DNA of 64,000 nt from NCBI GenBank assembly GCA_964016885.1, contig OZ024741.1:133362001-133426000 (forward strand), in the 5' to 3' direction. How positions within the stretch are numbered: the stretch's first letter is position 1; every line of letters begins with the position of its first letter. The notes below the pieces were generated by a model. It ran no database searches. It was not told the DNA's origin and saw only the letters and a list, made by a program, of their open reading frames with translations. Of this stretch, positions 58,101 through 64,000 are shown in pieces. The DNA is from Eledone cirrhosa. Its lineage: Eukaryota. The translations under genes and the position numbers were made by a program.

Positions 58101-59775
58101 AGATACAGTGTACTTATTCTAAACCAGCTACATACAGTCTTCTTACAATATACAGGGATACAGTGTACTTATTCTAAACCAGCCACATACAGTCTTCTTA
58201 CAATATACAGGGATACAGTGTACTTATTCTAAACCAGCTACACACAGTCTTCTTACAATATACAGAGATACAGTGTACCTATTCTAAACCAGCTACACAC
58301 AGTCTTCTTACAATATACAGAGATACAGTGTACCTATTCTAAACCAGCTACACACTGTCTTCTTACAATATACAGAGATACAGTGTACCTATTCTAAACC
58401 AGCTACACACTGTCTTCTTATAATATACAGAGATACAGTGTACTTATTCTAAACCAGCTACACACAGTCTTCTTACAATATACAGAGATACAGTGTACCT
58501 ATTCTAAACCAGCTACACACAGTCTTCTTACAATATACAGAGATACAGTGTACTTATTCTAAACCAGCTACACACAGTCTTCTTACAATATACAGAGATA
58601 CAGTGTACCTATTCTAAACCAGCTACACACAGTCTTCTTACAATATACAGGGATACAGTGTACTTATTCTAAACCAGCTACACACTGTCTTCTTACAATA
58701 TACAGGGATACAGTGTATTTATTCTAAACCAGCTACATACAGTCTTCTTACAATATACAGAGAGACAGTGTACCTATTCTAAACCAGCTACATACAGTCT
58801 TCTTACAATATAGAGATACAGTGTACCTATTCTAAACCAGCTACACACAGTCTTCTTACAATATACAGAGATACAGTGTACCTATTCTAAACCAGCTACA
58901 CACAGTCTTCTTACAATATACAGAGATACAGTGTACTTATTCTAAACCAGCTACACACAGTCTTCTTACAATATACAGAGATACAGTGTACCTATTCTAA
59001 ACCAGCTACACACAGTCTTCTTACAATATACAGGGATACAGTGTACTTATTCTAAACCAGCTACACACTGTCTTCTTACAATATACAGAGATACAGTGTA
59101 CTTATTCTAAACCAGCTACACACAGTCTTCTTACAATATACAGAGATACAGTGTACTTATTCTAAACCAGCTACACACAGTCTTCTTACAATATACAGAG
59201 ATACAGTGTACCTATTCTAAACCAGCTACACACAGTCTTCTTACAATATACAGGGATACAGTGTACCTATTCTAAACCAGCTACACACAGTCTTCTTACA
59301 ATATACAGGGATACAGTGTATTTATTCTAAACCAGCTACATACAGTCTTCTTACAATATACAGAGATACAGTGTACTTATTCTAAACCAGCTACATACAG
59401 TCTTCTTACAATATACAGAGATACAGTGTACCTATTCTAAACCAGCTACATACAGTCTTCTTACAATATAGAGATACAGTGTACCTATTCTAAACCAGCT
59501 ACACACAGTCTTCTTACAATATACAGGGATACAGTGTACTTATTCTAAACCAGATACACATTCTTCTTACAATATACAGAGATACAGTGTATTTATTCTA
59601 AACCAGCTACACACTGTCTTCTTACAATATACAGGGATACAGTGTACCTATTCTAAACCAGCTACATACTGTCTTCTTACAACGTGTAGTGGTGCGGTGT
59701 AGCTATTCTAAATCAGCTATACAGTCTTCTTACAACATACAAGGATACAGTGTACCTGTTTTAAATCAGATACAC
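55190..59775. repeat. 55-bp tandem satellite, about 83 units
   Basis: Unit caatatacagRgatacagtgtacYtattctaaaccagctacacacagtcttctta, with degenerate edges and no unique spacers. Confidence 0.98.
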
Positions 59776-59943
59776 ATGTTTTTAAAAATTCCAAACTGAC
59801 AACCCCCAAACAAGGCTTAATGTGACTTACTGAAATATAAACCCTTAAGTTAAGTAAAGGCTCACATACTTAATGCTGTAAGCAAAAATAATTTCTAACC
59901 TATTTTTATAGTTGTAATGAGAAAAATTGACAATTTTTATCAT

Positions 59944-60273
59944 GGAGGCACATGGCTTAGTGGTTAGAGCATTGGCCTTGCAATCGAAAGGTTGTGAGTT
60001 CAATTCTCAGACCGGGTGATGTGTTGTTTCCTTGAGCAAGACACTTTATTTCACATTGCTCCAGTTTACTCAGCTGTAGAAATGAGATGATAGGGACTTT
60101 CCACTGCAAAGTGGTCGTGGAGGTGCCACGGCAAAAAAGCACCCAGCACTCACTGTAAATGAGGTTGGTGTTAGGAAGGGCATCCAGCTGTAGAAATCAG
60201 GCCAGAATCAGTTCCCGTCCCACCCTTGCAAGCAGGGAAAAGCGGACGTAAAATGAAATGATGAAAATGATGA
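59944..60273 (+). mobile_element. Young tRNA-derived SINE with RTE-derived tail (sister copy of 50633)
   Basis: Near-identical to 50633-50985 except for two short indels and a few substitutions. Confidence 0.88.
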
Positions 60274-60749
60274 GGACAAGGGAAAGAACTTTCAAATTTA
60301 AATCAATTAAGAATTAAATGGAGGCATGCAGTGGTAAATAATTTGAGTTTTTGATGAAATGATGGTAACTTTAGATATGTTTCAGTTTTATTAAACCTTT
60401 CCAGGGAAGTATAGTCTAACATATATTTACCAGATCTCAGAATGACCGAGAGGGTATAGCTTTTGTGATTAGGCAATTTGATATGACATTTGAAAATTTT
60501 CTAGGGATGCCATCTGCATAAAGAACACATAAATGTGTATACATTACCCACTCCCCCATATATATATATAATCAGTGTTATCATCACTGTTTAACATCTA
60601 TTTTCGATGCTTGCATGTGTTAGATAGGCTGTCATTTCATGAGGTTAGACTTGTCAGGTGACCATGTCTTTCTCATATGTTCAGGTTTTGGGTTCGTTTT
60701 CAACAGCTAGAGGCCCTTCCTTATGTCAGCAGCCACATTACAGCATATA

Positions 60750-62597
60750 TATCATCATCATCATCATCATCATCAACGTTTAACGTCCGTGTTCCACGCT
60801 TGCATGGGTTTGGACGGGGGTAGTCCCACTTGAGGCAAGAGTGATTGTCTTGCTCGCATAGGACTGTCTGGCAGGTTTTCTACAGTTGGATGCCCTTCCT
60901 AACACCAACCACATTTACAGTGTGGGTCTGGGAGGTTTTTACCGTGTTGCCTACACGGCCACATTACAGCGTGGACTGTGTGTTTTTTTTGTCGTGACAC
61001 CTACACGATCTCATTTGTTTCGGCCTGGATGGTGTGGCACCAACACAACTTTACATAGAACGGGGTGGTGGGACGGGGGGGGGGGGTATTTTGTTAGAGA
61101 TGCCTACTGGCTGTAGTAGGTTTTACTATGTATTTAGGTAAGGCGGGTCTTCTCTGTTACTGAGTACCGCCAAAGGTCTCGGTCCAGTGACATTGTCTTG
61201 GAGAGGTGTAAGTGTGTGAGGTCGGAGTTTATCAGCTCGTCCTAGGTTTTTCTAGGTCTGCCTATTCCGTGGCTACCGTCTATCTTTATTGCCCTGCACT
61301 TTGTTATACAGCTATCGACTTTCATGCGCATCACGTGTCCATACCAACGTAGCCTTCTCTCGAGTAAACAACATCTGATCCCTCTTATTTCTAATTTTTT
61401 CCTTAGTTCGTTTATGCTTTGCCGTTCACGTATATTACTGTTACACATCCAGCGGAGCATGCAAGCTTCGTTCCTCTCTAGTCTGCGTATATCCTCTGCA
61501 CACAATGCCCAGGTCTCACTGCCATGCAACATTGCTGTTCGTATGCAGGCATCGTACAACCTGCCTTTCATTTTTAGGGAGAACCCTTTAGCAGCTAATA
61601 GTGGTATAAGCTCTCTGAACTTTTTCCAACCAGTTCTGACTCTAGCTACTGTACTTTCAGAGCACCCTCCCCCACTGATGATTTTATCACCCAGGTAACG
61701 GAAACTGTCCACTATTTCTATAGAACCCTCTGCGCAATTGAAAGAGCTAGTATTTTGTGGGCACTTGCTGCTACTTATTGCACCAGAGCACCGGCCACAT
61801 GTAAAATCTATGTTCTTAGTTAGCTTACCTGTGATCCCACTACATCTTTTATGCACCCATACTTTGCATTTAGGACATAAAATGGAGTTTCTACCTACGC
61901 CTTTCCTACACACCGAGCACGACCATTTCCCAGAAGGGACCGCCGCCTTATTTTCTTTCCTACAAACTAGAACTTTAGTCTTAGCCAGGTTAATTTTAAG
62001 GCCTTTTGATTCTAGGCCGTGCTTCCATGTTTGGCATTTCTTCTCTAGCTCGGCCATTGATTCCGCTATGAGTGTCAGGTCTGCGTATAGGAGTTCCCAT
62101 GGGCAGCTGGTCTTGAACTCCTCTGTTATAGCCTGAAGGGCAATAATAAATAGTAGGGGGCTGAGAACAGAGCCCTGATGGACGCCAACTTTTACGCTAA
62201 ACTCTTCACTATATTCGTTGTTAATTCTAACCTTGCTGACTGTTTCTTTATACATGGCTTGTATAGCTCTCACAAGCCATTCGTCAACGCCTAGTTTTCT
62301 AAGAGCCCACCAGATAATGGAGCGGGGGACTCTGTCGAAGGCTTTCTCCAAGTCGACAAAAGCTAAGTAGAGGGGTTTACCTTTAGCTAGGTACTTCTCC
62401 TGTAGTTGTCGTACAATGAAAAGAGCGTCTGTGGTACTTTTGCCTGACACAAACCCGAACTGCATTTCATCTAGGTCAATTCTCTCTCTGATTAGTTGTG
62501 CTATTACTTTTTCCGTGACCTTCATGACCTGGTCGATTAATTTAATGCCTCTATAGTTACTCCTATCTAGGGTGTCTCCTTTACCCTTATAACAGAT
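60750..62597 (-). mobile_element. 5'-truncated RTE-clade LINE (RT with PHD-like Cys-rich insertion), (TGA)n tail
   Basis: ORF 61242-62525: QFGF..GKSTTDA, DLEKAFDRVPR, GVHQGSVLSPLLF, YAD-L (one Asp lost), CSVC..CPKC..VHKRC..CGRC, RLRWYGHVMRM. Confidence 0.92.
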
Positions 62598-62604
62598 ATA
62601 TATA

Positions 62605-62938
62605 TAATATATTAATAAATGGAAACTATATTTATAAAACTATAATTATTTTATTATATATATTTCAAGGGAAACCAAGGCAAATTATGGTGCGCTTTCA
62701 TCAGATAAAATACAGATTTGTTTTATAAATAAATATTGACATACCCGGAAAAAAGACAACCTTGAAGTTCCCTGGATAGATCAGGTTGTCTTTTTTCCGG
62801 GTATGTCAATATTTATTTATAAAACAAATCTGTATTTTATCTGATGAAAGCGCACCATAATTTGCCTTGGTTTCCCTTGAAATATATATAATAAAATAAT
62901 TATAGTTTTATAAATATAGTTTCCATTTATTAATATAT
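62605..62938. repeat. Perfect ~157-bp inverted repeat with a 20-nt loop, carrying a hammerhead in each arm
   Basis: 62605-62762 is the reverse complement of 62783-62938. Same family as 17665-17933 and 20075-20180. Confidence 0.92.
62833..62898 (+). ncRNA. Minimal type I hammerhead ribozyme (mirror copy at 62647-62712 on the - strand)
   Basis: tattttat-CTGATGA-AAG..ACCA...TGGT..CTT-GAAA-TATATA-TA-ataaaata. Perfect 8-bp stem I. Confidence 0.8.
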
Positions 62939-62941
62939 TGA

Positions 62942-63556
62942 ATAAACGGAAAAAATGAAACGAAATTTCATTTCCCACTCTTAGTACGGCTGTTACTTAA
63001 ATATAAGTATGTATACGTACATACATATATGTATACAGACATACAGTAGTATGTATATATACATACATGCACACATATATATATGTACGTAAGGATTCAC
63101 CAAACATTTATTATAATGCTCGGTGTGTTTGTAAACAAACATCCCGTATTAAGCCGTAGTGTCTAGCAACCACCGTTGCTCGTTTGTTCAACACTGACAA
63201 AGGAACACTGTACTAGTTTCAAGCTTATTAGCTATCGTCAGCAACATATACCTTCCTGCCAGATGATTGAACGTCCGAAAGTATATACTTTCCTTATGCA
63301 TATTAACGGCTGAGTAGCCCAATTTGCATATCGAGTGGGTTAATCGGCCGGGAGCACCGAAAACGATAAACGGAAAAAATGAAACGAAATTTCATTTCCC
63401 ACTCTTAGTACGGCTGTTACTTAAATATAAGTATGTATACGTACATACATATATGTATACAGACGTACAGTAGTATGTATATATACATACATGCACACAT
63501 ATATATATGTACGTATGGATTAAGTAACAGCCGTACTAAGAGTGGGAAATGAAATG
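62942..63556 (-). mobile_element. Non-coding hammerhead-bearing unit, 424-nt period with a partial tandem repeat and a short inverted end
   Basis: 62942-63097 is repeated at 63366-63521, followed by the inverted piece taagtaacagccgtactaagagtgggaaatgaaat. Same family as 17600-18297. Confidence 0.8.
63205..63247 (-). ncRNA. Minimal type I hammerhead ribozyme, GUA triplet
   Basis: Minus strand: atgttg-CTGACGA-t-AGCT aata AGCT-t-GAAA-CTAG-TA-cagtgt. Confidence 0.8.
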
Positions 63557-64000
63557 AAAAGCGGATGTAAAATGATGATGATGATGATGATATATATATA
63601 TGCATTTTTCCTACTATATCAAGCATTAAACTAATATATATATTTTCATTAAAATGTATCGTTTATTGTATTGGTTTCTATCTACTTTTCACATATATAT
63701 ATTTATATATATATTGGAAGACCCTCAGTTGTGTCAAAGACATGACAGCTTCTCCTGTCCTGTGCACTTGGTGGTTTGTCAACCGTACATCAAGGAGACA
63801 CAGATCCCTGGCTTGCTTGAGAGATCAGTGGCTCTGCTTCAGTACTGACTTGATCTATGTAGATCCATCCAACCCTTACTAGCTGGGAAAGTGGATGGTA
63901 AAATGACAACAATAATGATGATGATATATACACACATGTGCGCACACACACGCACACAGCACATATATATAAGTGCAAGCTAACATACTTAATGTGAATA

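Noticed and set aside
55190-59775. CRISPR array or ribozyme-containing satellite
   Set aside because: The units are contiguous with no unique spacers, there are no cas genes, the context is eukaryotic, and there is no CTGANGA/GAAA core on either strand.
54209-64000. Exon 1 of tubulin gene 3
   Set aside because: I found no ATG|GT donor with a TATA box or the conserved 5'UTR motif on the - strand; it probably lies beyond the window.

Overview
AT-rich, microsatellite- and transposon-dense eukaryotic (metazoan) DNA. The SINE/LINE families resemble those of an octopod cephalopod; that is my inference. The window holds a cluster of three intron-containing alpha-tubulin genes. Gene 1 (-) and gene 2 (+) are head-to-head about 21 kb apart, each with an ATG-only first coding exon and a TATA promoter that I could locate. 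Gene 3 (-) is a divergent isotype lacking K40, with a 4.6-kb 55-bp satellite in its presumed first intron. Between and around the genes are decayed Gypsy, CR1, RTE and Penelope (Neptune, GIY-YIG) retroelements, tRNA-SINEs, MITEs and Helitron-like pieces. The main unannotated signal is a swarm of more than a dozen type I hammerhead ribozyme motifs from roughly ten unrelated families. They lie in ~420-520-nt non-coding units showing partial tandem repeats and inverted/foldback ends, inserted in (TA)n tracts, which fits Penelope pLTR or non-LTR-retrozyme-like elements. All folds were worked out by eye and no activity has been tested. Other signals are patchy gene conversion among the tubulins and a vestigial duplicate first exon in gene 1.
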